DNA of 58,339 bases, filler included, from Circinaria calcarea (GCA_051942165.1; 4 parts of 4 records of this genome joined end to end with filler, not necessarily neighbours in it), one strand, 5' to 3'. Positions 1-14,629 are shown, counted from the first letter of the whole stretch. The notes: generated by a model not told the origin, from the sequence alone. Translations and numbers: made by a program.

Positions 1-1642
1 GTTTTCAGAAAGAGTATTGCTTCTTAGCGGCTTGCATTGGTCATCTGTGTTCGATACTTGGTTGATCGACATCACGAGTTGAGGCAACTGTAGAAAGGCG
101 CCGAAGCCGACATTACCGACGCCATTAAGAAAGGAAACACCAATCAGAATCTCTGGTTGGAGAGTCGCAGTTAGTTTGAGTTCGACGTTCGGAATCGAGG
201 CCTGGAAAGGGAGCATTTTGAGCGATGTATCCTGGAAACCCGTAACGGTGGACTGCGTGATATTACCAACAACTGCTCTAATCGTAGAGTTATCTGGAAC
301 ATTAACCTCGAATCCATACTTGAAGTCTAGCTGAGTGCCCAAGTCCACTCCCAGGATGAGTCTGGGATTGAAATAAGGTCCGATGATGGCGATGTCGGGT
401 ATTGAATATGGCTGCAAGGGGATTTGCGCTAGGTCCACAGTATATGATACCCCAATCTGTGGCTGCCACGTGGACTCCAATGCAATATGTGCAAACAGTC
501 CGTTTGTGACTACTTCAACGTAGCCGTGTTCGATGAACTGTACAATATTTTGAGTATCGTTAGTGCTGGTACTGCCTACGGTAAAGGACCCGGAACGAAG
601 CTCAATTGTACCGGCAGTTGTACAATTCGTACATTTGACATTCAGCCATGGCGGCAGTACCTGACCTTCGATGTCGGCGAGAAGCGAGGAATTCGAAGGG
701 AGTATAGGATAATCGATAAGCTGTCCGCTGACATCTTTGATGGCGCTATTGGCTATAGGGGTCGTTGAGGATGTAGGGAACGGGAAATTGATACTTGTAA
801 GAGATGGAGTTCCAATCGTAGTTGAAGGAGCAGATACACTTGGTAACATTGCAAAGGAACCCGATACTGCTGCATCGAATGCTACTCTTATCTCCAACGA
901 ACGATCGAGTTTGCCTTTCTGATGCTGCATAACGTGGCGTGAACGCTGTCTATATCCCTTCCGTGTGCGATCAAAACTCACTTGCATGGAGTGAAAGGTA
1001 TCTTTCCATGGGACCGGTCGAGCAAAGAGTGTAACTACTCCATCTTCATCGGAGAAGGAACATTGAGAGACGCTATATCCATTAGCCCGGTAACAGATAA
1101 AGGAGATGTTTCCAAGCATACACCCATGGTATTCGGCTATCCTCGTTATTACAGCCAAAATGGGAGGTAACAACCACAAGGTCTGAATGAGCCGCAAATG
1201 CGTTACGCGCTGTTTCCATATGATTCTTGGACACAAAGGTGAGCTGGATTGATCCAGGCTTGCAACGAATCTCATCCACCAGATGCTCGATATCTTCTAG
1301 CAACAGACTCGGTAATTTCGATTTGAACGAAACGGTGGCGGTAAACGGAGGTATGGTCGTCTCCGCGTCATTAGCTAATCCGCAACAGTTAGCTAGGACT
1401 ATTGTTGCTCAACTTGTGGGGCGATGCATACTATCTATGTAATGCATGGAAATGTCATGATTGAGAAAGATGTCAGGACTTCTCTTTCCGATACCAGTGT
1501 CTTGAGAAGCTGCAGATAGTTGGCGTTCCTTGATTCCGCCCTTCCTGGCCAGAGAAACTTGAGCATTTTGGGCCTCAGTTGCACCAGATGAGGATATGTT
1601 TATGAGAAAGTAGGCAAATACTATATAAAAGGTGAAAGTCAT
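1..1642 (-). CDS. Secreted/cell-surface protein, DUF7029 + DUF7223-like (spliced; 3' end runs off the window)
   Basis: Signal-peptide-like start MTFTFYIVFAYFLINISSSG at 1642. Hand-spliced exons give ...LLEDIEHLVDEIRCKPGSIQLTF...VVVTSHFGCNNEDSRIPW and a long frame open to base 1 with KCTNCTTAGTIEL...IPLQPYSIPDIAIIGPYFNP...GFEVNVPDNS, which resemble these fungal domains. Confidence 0.7.
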
Positions 1643-2832
1643 AGCTTATATAACGCTACAATTGAATAAGGATATAGAAAGAAGGCCTTGAACGTCTAGT
1701 ATCGAAGAAAAGAGAAAATACCTGAAGCTAAGAGCATTATATTTGGGGATCGCAGCCATGCTGCGGATGGATCGATCACGCCGCTGGAGGGCGTCGAGAG
1801 CGATCATAACCTGCAGGTAAGCATTCGAACATGGGTAAGTCGGAAGGGAGATTAGAAATGTCCCGGAGAATGTGAGCTCGAGGACTTCATCCGTGAACTA
1901 CCAAATCACCCTGCCTCTTGTGCAACGCCATGCGGTAAACTTCCCGGATCCATACTACTCGAACCTCCTCAAACACTCTGCCTCAAGCCCCCGGTTTCCG
2001 ATGTCTTACCGTGATACCCGCGGCCATAGCCGTATTACTCGACCAGATAGATGCCTGGTGAGATGGGGTCCAACTTCCACATGAGGTGGTTCTGTGGAGG
2101 CGGTACATCCCAGTTGTAACGAATCCTTCGCGGCATGGCTTCGGGATACCGAGAGCCCGGGTTTCTCCCGGTAGAATATGGATCCTTAAACGTAGCCTCT
2201 AATGTTCCCTCCTATATCTCAGCTCGCCAATCTTCAACCCGTCAACCTCTTTCCCCAAAAGATCACAAAAACGCTCTCGAGAGCACGGAATACCGGATTT
2301 GAGGGTTACGAATGCATATATGTGCATACCGCCGGTCGACTACCGAGAAGCCGGCAGGACTAGAGGAGCAAATGATCCCCGTGTATACGGGTATTCGTTT
2401 ACTCAACATTCACTTTGTTCACATCCTTGAAAACATTCCAATCCGTTTACAATTTGGAATAGTGGATAAATGTATATGGTCGTGTAATACTGTAACTCTC
2501 TAAGCAATATCGGTTTTCCACCTAGGAATAATCACATGTTTCCCCATTTCTGATTCGTTGTAGTCTCCCAGGATAAAAATTCCTTGTCCGCGCCCACTGT
2601 ATCTCGGGCAGCGCCCATCCATCGTGAATTGGCATATCTCATACAGCAGGACATTGGGAAATCGCCAATGGGATGAAAACCACCACCAACGCCACGCTCG
2701 AAAGAACAGGAATCCAAAAAGACCAGTATACCTCGCCACTACCACCACCCATAAAACCCAAGGTCCCATCGGTAGCGTAACGGAGTATTATGTAACATAC
2801 AAATCGACCGAAGTTTCAGAGACGGTTTCCAA

Positions 2833-5800
2833 TCACGCGGATCTCAGTATGGGCCCTTCTTCCTCCTTGAAGCTCTTCAATTCTGCCAGCTGTTCGCTAA
2901 GCGCTTGCAGGATTTCGCCCATCGGAGCAGCTTGCTCCAAGATACTTTTCCCTGCAACGAAGGGCCGGACAAGGTTCCGAATAACGAGGGTGGTTATACA
3001 TGCCTAGGATGACGTTAGAAGAGTGCCTGAGCGGGACCTGAAAGCAGGAGGGCCTTACCTCTATACGCGATATCTGGTGCTCCAGAAATTGAACAATGAA
3101 TCTATCCGTAACTTCGCCGCCCCGATTCTTCAGTTTCTCCAACATGACATTGTCCGGCGGTCTCACACTGAGGGAGCCAGTAACCTCCAAGGTACTACAG
3201 AGCATTTCCAACCTCAAGCTGACATGCCACAAGGCCCATACGTTCTGCGCTTCCATTGTAAGCTGACTGTTCGGTTGCAAAGTGGCTGGTTTGTTAGAAG
3301 CTGCCGTGAGTTCGGCATTGGCGCGCTGTTGCTGAACATCGAGACGGCCTGCAAGCGCATGAGGATACATAAGGTAAATATTCTCCGGGTTCTCCAATCC
3401 CTTGAGCTTTCGTTCTCCTAAATCTTTGACCTCAAACCCTTGACTGCTTAGGGACCTCAGCTCCTGTCGAATAGACTGACTAACAGCTTCATCAATGGCG
3501 GTCTCCTCCGATCCGACGGAGCTAGCTCGGTCACTTTCGGCGTACGTCTCCAAAGTTCGATGGATTTCCGCAATGAAGTCCGACGAAACGGTAATCTGTC
3601 CTCCATCTGCTTCAGCAGAGATACGTGCCGTACGGTTAACCATCGGCCCGAAGTAATCCATCCGTCTGGTCACTGGATCCGGTTCGCACACTGGCTGACC
3701 CCAATGTATCCCCATACGCACTGACAATCCTCGGAAGATCACCTGATCGTCTGCGTCTAGGACTTCCCGGCCTTGGGGGCTTTCTAGTATCTCGCTTGGC
3801 CAAGGTGCATCCATTAGATGGCTCTGGACAGAAAAGCACCACAGTAGGGCAGATGTAGCCGTGGGAAATGATACTATGAAAGCATCACCTTCAGTCTTCA
3901 CCTCATAACCACCAATAATCCTCAGTTGCCTCCGCATTACCTTGTTGTGCTCCTTGATCGCCGATCTCATAGCAACAGGATAATTTTCCCACAGTAACGT
4001 CGAGCTTTTGATGTCTGTGAAGACTATTGCAAGCTCGCCCGTAGGGGCATCAACCTCCCGATCCAATCTAGCTAGGGTGGAATCGTCTGGGACATCTCGA
4101 CGATTTTTGAGGCGTTTTGCAGGGAAGATTTGATCGTCTTGCATTTGTGAAGGACCCATGGAGAGAGATTGACCTCTGTAACGAACGCGCTCTCTTCTCT
4201 TCAGATCACTCACCCTGATCATCATCACCATGATCTTCCCGCTGGCGCCAAACGCCATGGCCAGGTCTCGCAGCTTTTGTGCAGCGCGCATAAGATCTCC
4301 TCTCTCTGATCTAGCAACGTCCACAACAACGTCAGGGGTCACATAATCCCAAAGCTCTCTAGATGCAATCAAGATCATCTCGTCCAATTCACTTAATGTG
4401 ATTTGAATCACGGAAGGTGCTGCCATGACCGCCGGCATCATCTGTGTATATCCAAAGGCCCGAGATACTTCGAGGACGTCATTGAGTTTGCCATGCCTAG
4501 AAACGTAGCCACCAGCTTCACGAATGCGTTCACGCTCCTCTGGGTCGGCCGGGTCATGTTTCCGAGTTAAGATTTTATAGCCACCATTCGAGTGCATTAG
4601 CATGGCCTGTGCATCGCCTACATTAGCAACGAACAACTCCATATTGTCAAGATACAGGACCGTAGCAACTCCGCCGGAGTGGAGATCTTCGGCACTCAAC
4701 GGTTTTGCAGTCGTAGAACCCCTGTGCGTTTGGGGATGACGATGCTCCCTCTCATCTATCGGTTGACTTGCTAGAGTTGCCAGCTCTTTGTTTAATATCA
4801 GGAATGCCCTTCTCAGCGCATCTTTCGGGGTTTCTTTCGGTCCCTTAATCCTATTAAGCTCCTCGACGAAATAGTAATTGAAATTTTCATGAAGGAATTT
4901 GGCAATCTTAGAGCCGCCAGTCGATAATGCTTGACCATCAAACATGCCCAGTAGCGTTTCCGTATCGTGTCCACGAAATTTGGGAATCACCAAGTCAATA
5001 GTTGAGAGGTGCTCGTGTTTCCCTAGGCTATCTGCCATACCATAGGCCAGTGTTCCTGCTAGCGAGCCTGACGTCCGTACCCTGCGATCCTCCATTTCAT
5101 CAGGTACAGAGGCTATCGTAAAGGTGACATCCATGAGACCAAGCACCCGTAGACGGTGCAATGAATTGAAGTTCGTAAGATCTTGAATACCATCCCTATT
5201 CGCGTTAACGTTGTTCGAGAGGTTCTTCTTAATCTCCAGGCGTTTGTTGCCGGAGAAGTTGAGGTACTTCAGATTTGGATTCCAGTTCCAATTCCAATCA
5301 TAAGGCCAATTCGAAACATTGTACTTCAGCGAATTACTTCCCACATCAAGAATAGCAAGTTTGTGAACCTTACCAAGCTCCGCTGGAAGGACTTGGAATT
5401 TGTTACCATTGATATGCAGCACCTTAAGTGCGCTATTCTCGACGAGGTCGTCCGACGGCAAAGATGTCAGTTCGTTCCCGGAAAGATACAACTCACCCAG
5501 GTGCGGCCACCGTCGAAGTGATCGCGGAGGAATATCATAAAGCTCGTTATATGACAAGTTTAAAACACGAAGTTCCGGTAAGAGAGTAATTTCGTCGAAC
5601 ACCTCATCGCTGAGCCTGTTGTCAGCTAGGTAAAGATGCCGTAGTGACGATGCGAACGTTGACGAAAGACGCGACGCTAGGTTCGAGTCTTTGCGAATAA
5701 AGGGATTGGTGCTGCCTTCTGTAGGCGTCCTTGCTATTACTGAAGCTTTTCGACCACCAATGCCGTATACGGACACGATAGATCCTTTCCGCGTGGATCC

Positions 5801-8800
5801 TGCAGGAGAGTTTCCAACACTTAGTAAGCCCCCTGAGGCTTGACTGGGCTTTCGGTGACCAACCCCTTCAAGCTTTCCTAATTCTTCGGACGCGGGGCTT
5901 GACGGCTGATTGGGCGCAGTGCCTAGATTCAGGGTGGATTCGTTTGGCGGCGAATCGGGATTCGGTGGCTGCCATGTTGACGGAGGTTTTGGAAAACTTT
6001 CAAGCACATTCGACGACACATTGAGTGTATCTAGACGGAGGCAACACCAAATCTCCGCTGGAAGTTTCGTGAGATTGCATTCACGAACATCGAGAAACCG
6101 AAGTTCCTGAAGGTTCCCGATAGTTGACGGCAGACTGCTTAACGGATTCTTGGCGATGCTCAAATACTCGAGCTTTCGAAATTTGCCGATTTGAGAGGAC
6201 AGACTTGAGAAGTGGTTCTTATCGAGATTGAGCTTTGTCAGGTTTGGTATCTTCTCGAACAGGCTATCATCCAGCTGGTTGACTTTTGCAGAAGCTAGAT
6301 TTAGGGACGTCAGAGCGGGCATAGGGAACAACAAATCAAATCGGGTGATCGGATTGTGGTCAACGTGAAGTATGCGGCATTTAGCGAAGCTCCCTTCGAA
6401 CCGTGAGATCCTATTATGTCCAACCATCAACTGCTCAAGTCGAGGTAATTGCGAAATTATATCGATGCTCGTAATTCCGTTGAATCGGATATCAATCTCT
6501 TTAAGGTTTACCAAGCCCTTGAAGGAGTCTGGAAAGGAGCCGTGCAACATGTTGTTTGTCGCCCATAATCTCTCAAGAGTCGCGAGCTGCCCAAGCCTGG
6601 GCAACGTTTCTATCGAATTGAAACTGATATCAAGATCAATCAAGGCCTTCAGGTCGCATAAGAAGTCCGGAAATGTTGTAAGGTAATTGGAAGAGAGGTT
6701 GAGACTTCTCAGTGACTGGTACTGACCGAAGTATGGAGGAAGGTAGGTTAACTTATTGTTTGACATCTTGATACTAGTAAGGCTTTGTAACTTATCGAGC
6801 TCCGCATGTTCAAGTTGCTCCAAGCGATTGTTAGAAATGTCAAGCACTGTCAGTTTTGTTGCCAAACTGAAACTCGGCGGAAGTTGCCATGCTTCATTGC
6901 CGGTATATCTGATCTCTCGTAGATTGATGCAGCTCTGGATGAAGTCCTTCGGCACGTCAAGAGAAAGGTTACGGGAAAGATTAATGGCCCAGATCTCAGC
7001 GGCTTTTTTATACAGTATTATGGGGATCGTTACAAGACTCCTGCCCGATAGGTCAACATGGCTGAACTTCTGCACCTTGATTAACCCAGGATCCTTTTCG
7101 AGGCTATAATACCCAGTAAGCTTAGTGGGTACGAATGTGAATCTGACAAGATAGCTGTTGTCCTCCCGGCCAATTTCCTCGAGACGGTCGATTTCCTGGT
7201 ATCCAGCTTGTTCAAGGAGCCTCTTCTGGATTGCTATTGGCCGTTCGCTAGGCGCCAGTTGTCGCTGCAGGTCATGCTTCTTCATTATAATGTGGTAATT
7301 AGTAAGCTCGTCTTGGAGAAAGGATTTCTTGCCGAGCATCTGGAGTATCTCGGACACGGTAGTGTTCACGCTTGTTGATAACGTGGCAAAGGTTGAGTCG
7401 GTCCGGAACACGCGCACGCAATGTGGGGGTCCAGGATCTTCACATTTTGGAAGCACGCCGTTTTCGTCTATTTCGCCAAGTCTTCCCATATTCTCGTCGC
7501 CAACCTTCTTGACGGCCCAAGAATCTGGCGCATCCCACGCCCCTGGTCCTGTGGGTACGTTCAATTCCCAGGGCTCTTTCCGAGTATCTTCTTCGGATTG
7601 CGGTCCGTTGGCAACACCACCAGCGGGGGGAGTAGGCGGAGGCTGTTGGCTGATGATCCCCTCCATATGAGTGAGATCGGTGTCCAGGTTCCAATACGTG
7701 TCACTTCCAGTGGAGCCATTTCGACCTTTGTCTGCATCTCTCCCACTTGAGTTGTCGTAGCTAAAGCCTCGCCTGGTTGGGGTAGGAAATTTCCCATGAC
7801 TATGGAGTATTCTTACTTTGCTCTCCTTTCGGGCTGACGCTAAATCCGGCTGGATTGTATCCGAAGGCCTAAGAGTCGATCCACTATCGAAAGTGGCTGT
7901 GCTCCCGTCCCGAGCTCTCTTAGGTGGCAGAGGATCTAGCTTCAGAATTTTACCATCTCTATTTGATGGATCCTGCAACGATCTTGTTGAACCGGGAAGG
8001 TTCTTGAGAGAATCCATAGGCGATTTATCACCCTTGTGTCTCCGTATCTTACTAAGGAGGGAGCGTTTCCCTGTGGAGCCTCCATCTGCGGGGGAACGCT
8101 GCGCTGACAACCCTTCACGACCTGATCCCGTACTGAAGCTCGGTGTAGGACTCGTTGCACGAATATTGAGCATTGCACGAGAGTTCATTGGTGAACTTGA
8201 GGAGGAAATATAATCCTTCAGGTAGTGTGAACCAGCTGGGGACTCGTCTCTACTTGTTGCCGGTCGAGGTGGATAACCATGGTTTCCATCCTTCGGAGAG
8301 TTTCTGGAGCCTTCTTCTTTGCTTCTGGTATGTCGATGAGCAGAGAAGTGGAATCGATGGGTATGACCAGCACTCGCCGGCGATTGAGTCTCTTGTTCGA
8401 AGCGCTGCCTATCAGAACCTGCAGGTACCTGCCTGACGGGTGCATCTCCATATTGCGGGATGTCCTGTGTTGCTTGTTTGTTAGCGTTGGAATTATGGGC
8501 AATGTTGCAGGAGCTGCAGTCATGTAAAGGCTTCGAAACGTAAGATTCAATCGCACCCAAGAAAACGAGCCACATGTAGTGAAGGCTATTACCCTAGCCA
8601 AGACAGATCGCATATTTTCTACCAATTAACAATATACCCAAGGTCACGACCGCCTAGCATAACAGATATGCACCTGCCAGCCTTCCTTGTATGAGATGCA
8701 ACACTTGAGCTTAGTGTTTTCAGAGAGACGCTATGTCTGAACCCCGTTGTTTGCGTGTCTTAGGCACACTCCATCTCATGTGTAAAAGATCTCTCATGCA

Positions 8801-10004
8801 AGCTGAGAGGGACTTTCGCGATGACCGCGGCAAACATGCCATGATTGTGTAGTACATGAATAAACCACACAAACTTACCTTGAAGTCCTGAAATACCCAT
8901 GGGACAATGTCACTGGACGGTGGCTGAGGGGTTCTTGGCCGCGAGTTGGTTGGGGATACTGGACGCCCGTCTAGCTGATTGCTCTGGATCGAGTTGTTTC
9001 GAGCTCTTTGTGAGTGGCTCGAATGTTCTCGGGGTCCAAGTGGTGGTATGCTGACTTCAGAGCCTTTTCGAGAAGCTCTCCCGCCAAGACGATTAACATC
9101 TTCGCCAAAGAAGGTTGCAAGCTTCCTGTTGTATGAACCCTTGCCACAGCTCGCCTTCGAACCAGACTCTTGACTGCCGATAGTCGTCGCACTAGCCACC
9201 GAGGGTCGGCGCTCGTTGTGTTGCCAGGGAGCGTCTGCTGAGTCGCTGACACCAGTCCGTGCTGTAGCAGGAAGATATGAGGGCGAAGCTTGGAGGTTGT
9301 CGTTGGAATCATCAAAAAAGCTCCTCGACGGTGGTAGAAGGGCGGTCAAAGGCATCGCGGAGTGTTCATTCGCCCATGGTGCAACCTGACTGAGGGGCGC
9401 GGACGGTGGATCTCGTGATATTGAAGGCACATTTCCAGCTGAGCCGTCCCTCCTATAATCTAGATATGTACCAGCCATTCCTCGATCTTTGGGTGGAACT
9501 TTAGGGGCCTCCGAGAACGAGGATTTTGTGTGCAGATGGGCGTGGGGAGATGTGGGCGAGTCCTCGTCGATTCTGTAGTGCCATGCAAACATGCGTTAGC
9601 TAAGACCACATTCCCAGCCGATCTAAGACAGATCCTAAAGACTCAAACTCCAGAGGCTCGGGATCACCAGGCACACCGCAGAATAGCAGCCGGTTCCGCG
9701 GCGGCGGCTATCGAGAGCTCCGGAGAAAGCGAATACAGTCGGCCAGTATCAACGTTCTCTCCCACTCATTACGCTTGCCATCGGGGCAAGGGTTGACGAC
9801 CTGCGTTGTAAGGCGGCCCTGGCCGGAAGCTCCACATGCAGCATTCACCTTCTGATGAAAGCTTGTCACTCACAGGTGTTTCTTCTTACTCCAAGTCTGC
9901 AATGGACCCCGGTGGCTGCTTCGCCCTTCCGTACTTTTCAGATGCCAATTGCCATCAGTCGGAGTCTCCGGTACATGTCTCGCCGAGACATCCCGCCTCG
10001 TCAT
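2833..10004 (-). CDS. CYR1: Adenylate cyclase (Ras-association, LRR, PP2C-like and class III cyclase domains), multi-exon
   Basis: The 1892-aa ORF has LRRs, a PP2C-like region (VANVGDAQA, VSRAFG) and cyclase motifs (IVFTDIKSST, YEVKTEGDAF, MDYFGPMVNRTAR). Inferred exon 1 starts at ATG 10004 and ends at a GTGAGT donor that is phase-compatible with the CTACAG acceptor near 9573. A last intron at about 3004-3058 leads to TGA at 2833-2835. Confidence 0.97.
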
Positions 10005-11419
10005 GGTTCCTTAAGTAGAAGAGTCGAATCAACTGGAGCTCTCTGTCGAGAAGGCGGCGGCCGTCAGAGTGCAATGTTCGCAAGGCGACGCTAGCCAAGG
10101 AGCGCGCCGCTGTGGCATGGGTGCTCACGATAGATAAGGTTCGAAAGGTGTCACCGTGAGGGTTCAAGAGAACAGCGAAGAGAGGTAGTTGGCGATGATG
10201 GGAAATAGCAAGTTCGGGAGCGGTTCTGCTCGACCTACTTACCTTTAGGTAGTTCTGTCCTCAGGCCGATTGTGCATGAACGCCTCTTCTAAAACCACTC
10301 CCATATAACCGCGGAACAAAGCAGCGGGACTATTGGCGGAGAGGATTAAGGTAGGTGGGGCACGGATCTACCGTAGTAGCTCGGGCTTTAGCGATGGATC
10401 GGGCTTGACACTAAGAGGAGCTAATCAGCTCTCAGGGCCCTCCATATTGAAGACTGATGGCTCCCCACGCAAAGAAGACAGCTCTCTCTGTGAGCACGGA
10501 CTTTGCGGCGAGTATGCCAGAGGTGTGATGGAGGTTGACCCGGTTCATCTCTCGACCGTCCGAGCTTGCTCTCTCTGGATGGCTCTTTGGGTATCTCGAA
10601 AGATACCTATCATCCTTAGTCAACCTACTCGGTCATGATGGAAGGCCTCCAGCTGCAATGTACCACCAGCAAGCTACAACAGTCAAGTAGCATGACACGT
10701 TGATCTAATACCTCACAGGCCCTTCAGCACCAAACTCTCTAGTTAGGCCACGACTGTTCCCCTTAAACAGATCCATTCTGTCGACTCTCTCCTCGCTTGC
10801 GGCCCAGCCTGAATCGACTGCCTGCTTTACGATTCTCTCGCAAGCGTCCTTTGCCTTTACAGTACTTCTTCGAGCTGCTTTACCCTCGAGGACTCCAGAG
10901 ATCGTGGCCAGGACAGGGGCCGTGGGCTCTTTGCTGAGATTTAAGCCCTCTGTCTACCTGGAAGCGTCTGGTGACCCTCATACCCAGAAAGATTCCCGTA
11001 GCAATGCCGCCTATAACGCGGAAACACATGATTGAATCCTGTACTCCCCTAGCTACAGCCGCCAAAACAGAAGCAAAGACTCCCCCTCAGGATGCCTTGG
11101 GCCACAAAATGATATGCGTGGAAATCATGCTCATCAAACGTGCTACCATACTAGAGCACACGTCCGAAGATTGGGCTCGAGATGGCGAAGAAAGTTGGAA
11201 GTCGGAAGTCGGAAGTTAAACGCTTCGACATTTAGGAAGGGAATAGCGTTTGCCACCTTGGCTCTTGATGTGTGGAACGATGAACAGGTAGCTGGGATGG
11301 TAGCACAATTAAGCCATCGGGACTGATCAGGGTTGTAGCAAATGTTCGCATTACAACAAGTTCCAGCAGAAATCAATTATAGACTCTTGCAGCCAATCTG
11401 AGGTCAAGGCGACACTCTA

Positions 11420-12973
11420 TCAATTTCCATTGCTGTTTATACTGAGTTGTTCTATTGTAGCAGCAGCCCCGGAACCAAGACTGACTTTTTCACTTTGTCC
11501 TCCCTCCACATGCCCATCGGGTTGAGCTACAACTTCCTGAGGGGCCCCCGGATGCCTTGTTCCTTTATTCTTCACCTTCTTCTCCTTTGGTGGCGGCGGA
11601 GGGTAAGCCTGCTTATCTATATTCTGCCATTCATTCGAGGATTGGTAAGCCTCTTGTATGGGAGCTAGTAGTGCGTTCAGTGCGTTAATGGCGCCAGATT
11701 TGAGGAGCTGAGGAGTTAACTGGATGCAGTCGGTCAATGCAATCCATACCCATAGCTGTGCATACATACCTTGTCAGCCTTGTAATCCGTCTTTAATGAC
11801 TCTACATCTTCATAGATCAATGGTCCTCCTTCACTTTCGCTCCTGTCCACTACAAATCGCCCCTTATTCTCGCTAGACTTCAGAGCGCTAACCGGTAGCA
11901 ACACGTATTCCACAAACCCAATCACGCCGTTGCCCTCTACTACCTTAGCAATAGCGTAAGCCTTCTTGAGCTTTTTGGTCACAACCTCGGGAGTGTCCAG
12001 CAGATCGATCTTCGAGTCGGGATCAGACGATGACATCTTGACTTCGACCGACCCTGATTTCTTGTCCCCAGCGCCTGGACCGTCTCCTTCCTGGTCGGCT
12101 TTATCTTGCTTGGGTGGCGCTGCGAGACCAGGAACCATTGGGTTCATCAAATGTGCCCGTTCCTTATACCCAATCTTAGGTAACTTTTCCGCAGCTAGCG
12201 TGAAGATTTTCCTTTGATCAACTCCACCGAACTGCACGTCAACTCCCAAGTGTTCCTCGTCTAACGCCTGCATGAGCGGGTAAACCAGACCACTCAACGG
12301 AGCATTTTTGACCTGCTTTACCACCTCCGCTCCAGCCTTCTTAGCGTCGTGTTCCGTAACCTCCGACAGTAGCCTGAACAAGTCCATGACATACTTTGGT
12401 GATAGCTGGTAGGTGCTCCCCAAGACAAACTCTAGGCGTTCTATCGGAACATTGAGGGATCTAAGAGCTGCAGTGACGACAAACTTATAGTATTTGGCCC
12501 GATATGCCATGAGCTCCCAAGGGGCCTTCTGGTTGTCGAGGAATCCATGTAAGTCTGCAAGGAGAATCTTGACTTTGCAACCAGCACGTAGGAACTGTGC
12601 GAGCTTCAACAAAGGTACGAAGTAGCCGCAATGTGGCCGCCCAGTAGTTGCAGTACCTACGGCATTGATTATAAGTAAGTTGGATTTCTGCCATTGATGA
12701 CACATCGTTACCCCAGTAAATTGAAAGCGGCCTTTTTTGCTTGACCACCACATCTTCAATGATTTCAGGCTTCAGTGTCTCTTGGAGGTTAGTGTAGATA
12801 AGGGCAAGCCTCTCATCGTCGCTCAAACCCCCCGTTTGGACTGTTTGGGCAGAGACGTTGGTCTGAGCATGGCTCTCTCGTTTTGCAATTTCCTTTTTCA
12901 ATTCGGCAAGCTGCGACTCTAACGCTGAGCTTTGAGCTCGTAGCTCATCAATTTGGCTGGGGCCATGGGCCAT
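11420..12973 (-). CDS. TYS1: Cytosolic tyrosyl-tRNA synthetase (2 introns)
   Basis: IYWG/TATTGRPHCGY (HIGH-like), ADLHGFLDN, YPLMQALDEEHL, QFGGVDQRKIF and KMSSS motifs, spread across three ORF-track frames joined by GT-AG introns. Confidence 0.96.
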
Positions 12974-13274
12974 GATTAAAACGCAAAGATTGTGTGAGAC
13001 ACGAAGAAATTCAAGATAATTTATCGAGAACACATACACTGTTGACCCTCGTTTTCTGCTTACTTACCTGAGTCAGACGCGGAAAAGGCGACAGCCGCAT
13101 AGCGTAATATGACTGAAGTATCTTCCGCCAAATATAATTTTGTAGATATGGGTGTAGGGCTGAGTCTCTTGGGCAAAATATACCTACGCTATGGTAATGA
13201 CCTCAAACCTTCGGGCAGCAGTCTCATTTGTATGCCGTCTTATTGATCAGCACAACGTGTAACACAAGCCCATC

Positions 13275-14115
13275 ATGGTGTCGAGACTGATAATGCGAAA
13301 GGTAGAGTTCGAACAGTCAAGGTATTTGGAAGAATGCTGAGAATCGCTAGCATGTCGTCCTCCCAGCGACCGCTGGTATCTTTGCGGCCGGCACTCTCCT
13401 CATCCCTAGAACCATCCTTCACGCGGAAGCACCTTTGGATCCTATGGTATGAATTACTCGTATGCTGGCTTTATCAGATTTTCTAATTGGGCTCTAGATA
13501 AGTCGCAAACCCATCTACGACGACCTTCCCCCTTTTCCGCGCGTACCCAAGACCACCCCATCAGATTCCAACGCCTCTCCCGATCCCACTCCAACTTCTC
13601 CGTCTCCGACAGACCGCCTAGCTCTACAGGTTCGCCGTGCCCGCCTCTCCCTTTATTCCCTTTCCGCCTCTGCCGAAACTCGTATAAACGACATCATGAC
13701 GCGCTTCCTCTCTCTCGAATCGTCTTTCACTTCTACTATTGCCTCCCTCGCGCCCGATCCCACCACAAACGAGCACTTGATGCCTGGAGCGCTTTACGTT
13801 CTTGTCTCCGCCATGGCGGGTTCCATTATCAGTCGCAACAGGAATATATTACTAAGGGCCAGTGTGCCGGTAGCCGTGGGAATAGGAGCTGGATGGGTGG
13901 TGCTGCCGCATACGATGCGGAATGTGGGTGACTTAGTGTGGAAGTACGAGGAAAAGGTTCCCGTAGTGGCAGCGAACCATATGCGATTTAAAGGGGCCGT
14001 GGTGGAAAGCTGGAGGCAGGCGGAGGTGCATGGGAAGTTGGCAAGGGCGTGGGCAGACGAGAGGGTTAGGGTTGCAAGGGAAGCTTTACAGGAATGGATT
14101 AGGAAAGGAAGGTGA
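13275..14115 (+). CDS. MICOS complex subunit Mic26/Mic27 (apolipoprotein O family)
   Basis: Spliced product MVSRLIMRK|HVVLPATAGIFAAGTLL...AEAP...|ISRKPIYDD...PTDRLA...LMPGALYVLVSAMAGSIISRNRNILLRASVP...LPHTMRNVGDLVWKYEE, typical of fungal ApoO/Mic26. Confidence 0.88.
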
Positions 14116-14529
14116 ACGCGATAAGGGCTGGATGATGGTAACAGACGGAGGGCCGTGATGGGGGTTTCTCTATCGGCTTCGTATCCATACGTCCTTCGGA
14201 GGAAACCCATCGAAGTCGTCTCCTACCAGTTGTAAGGGTGAAAAAGAGACGATTGGAATCCAACATCTACGGATGAATTAGGGGGGTTCAATATACCCGA
14301 GAGTCTGAACTATACACTTCGCAGGCTCCGCAGGCTCTTTTAGTCAGTCCAGCTAACCCAAGTGAGCCATTAGCACCTATGGTCAATCACCAATATCACT
14401 TTGATGGCAGATGTAGCAGATAAATTCGCGTCCAACGATCGATTCTTAGCAGTTTAGCGCCTCAGACACTGTGGTTGCTTATTGGCTTTCGAAACCGTCC
14501 TCTGCTAAACAGCTCTCTGTGATTCACAA

Positions 14530-14629
14530 NNNNNNNNNNNNNNNNNNNNNNNNNNNNNNNNNNNNNNNNNNNNTTAATTAATTAANNNNNNNNNNNNNNN
14601 NNNNNNNNNNNNNNNNNNNNNNNNNNNNN
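14530..14629. other. Assembly spacer (N44-TTAATTAATTAA-N44)
   Basis: 100-bp N run with a six-frame stop linker, identical to the two other spacers. Confidence 0.97.

Noticed and set aside
3023..8625. Many antisense and alternate-frame ORFs over adenylate cyclase (likewise over CDC48, the P450s and ERJ5)
   Set aside because: Shadow ORFs of long coding regions with no independent evidence.
14574..14585. Palindromic TTAATTAATTAA recurring three times in the window
   Set aside because: Always centred in exactly 100 bp of Ns. It is an artificial six-frame stop linker, not a biological motif.
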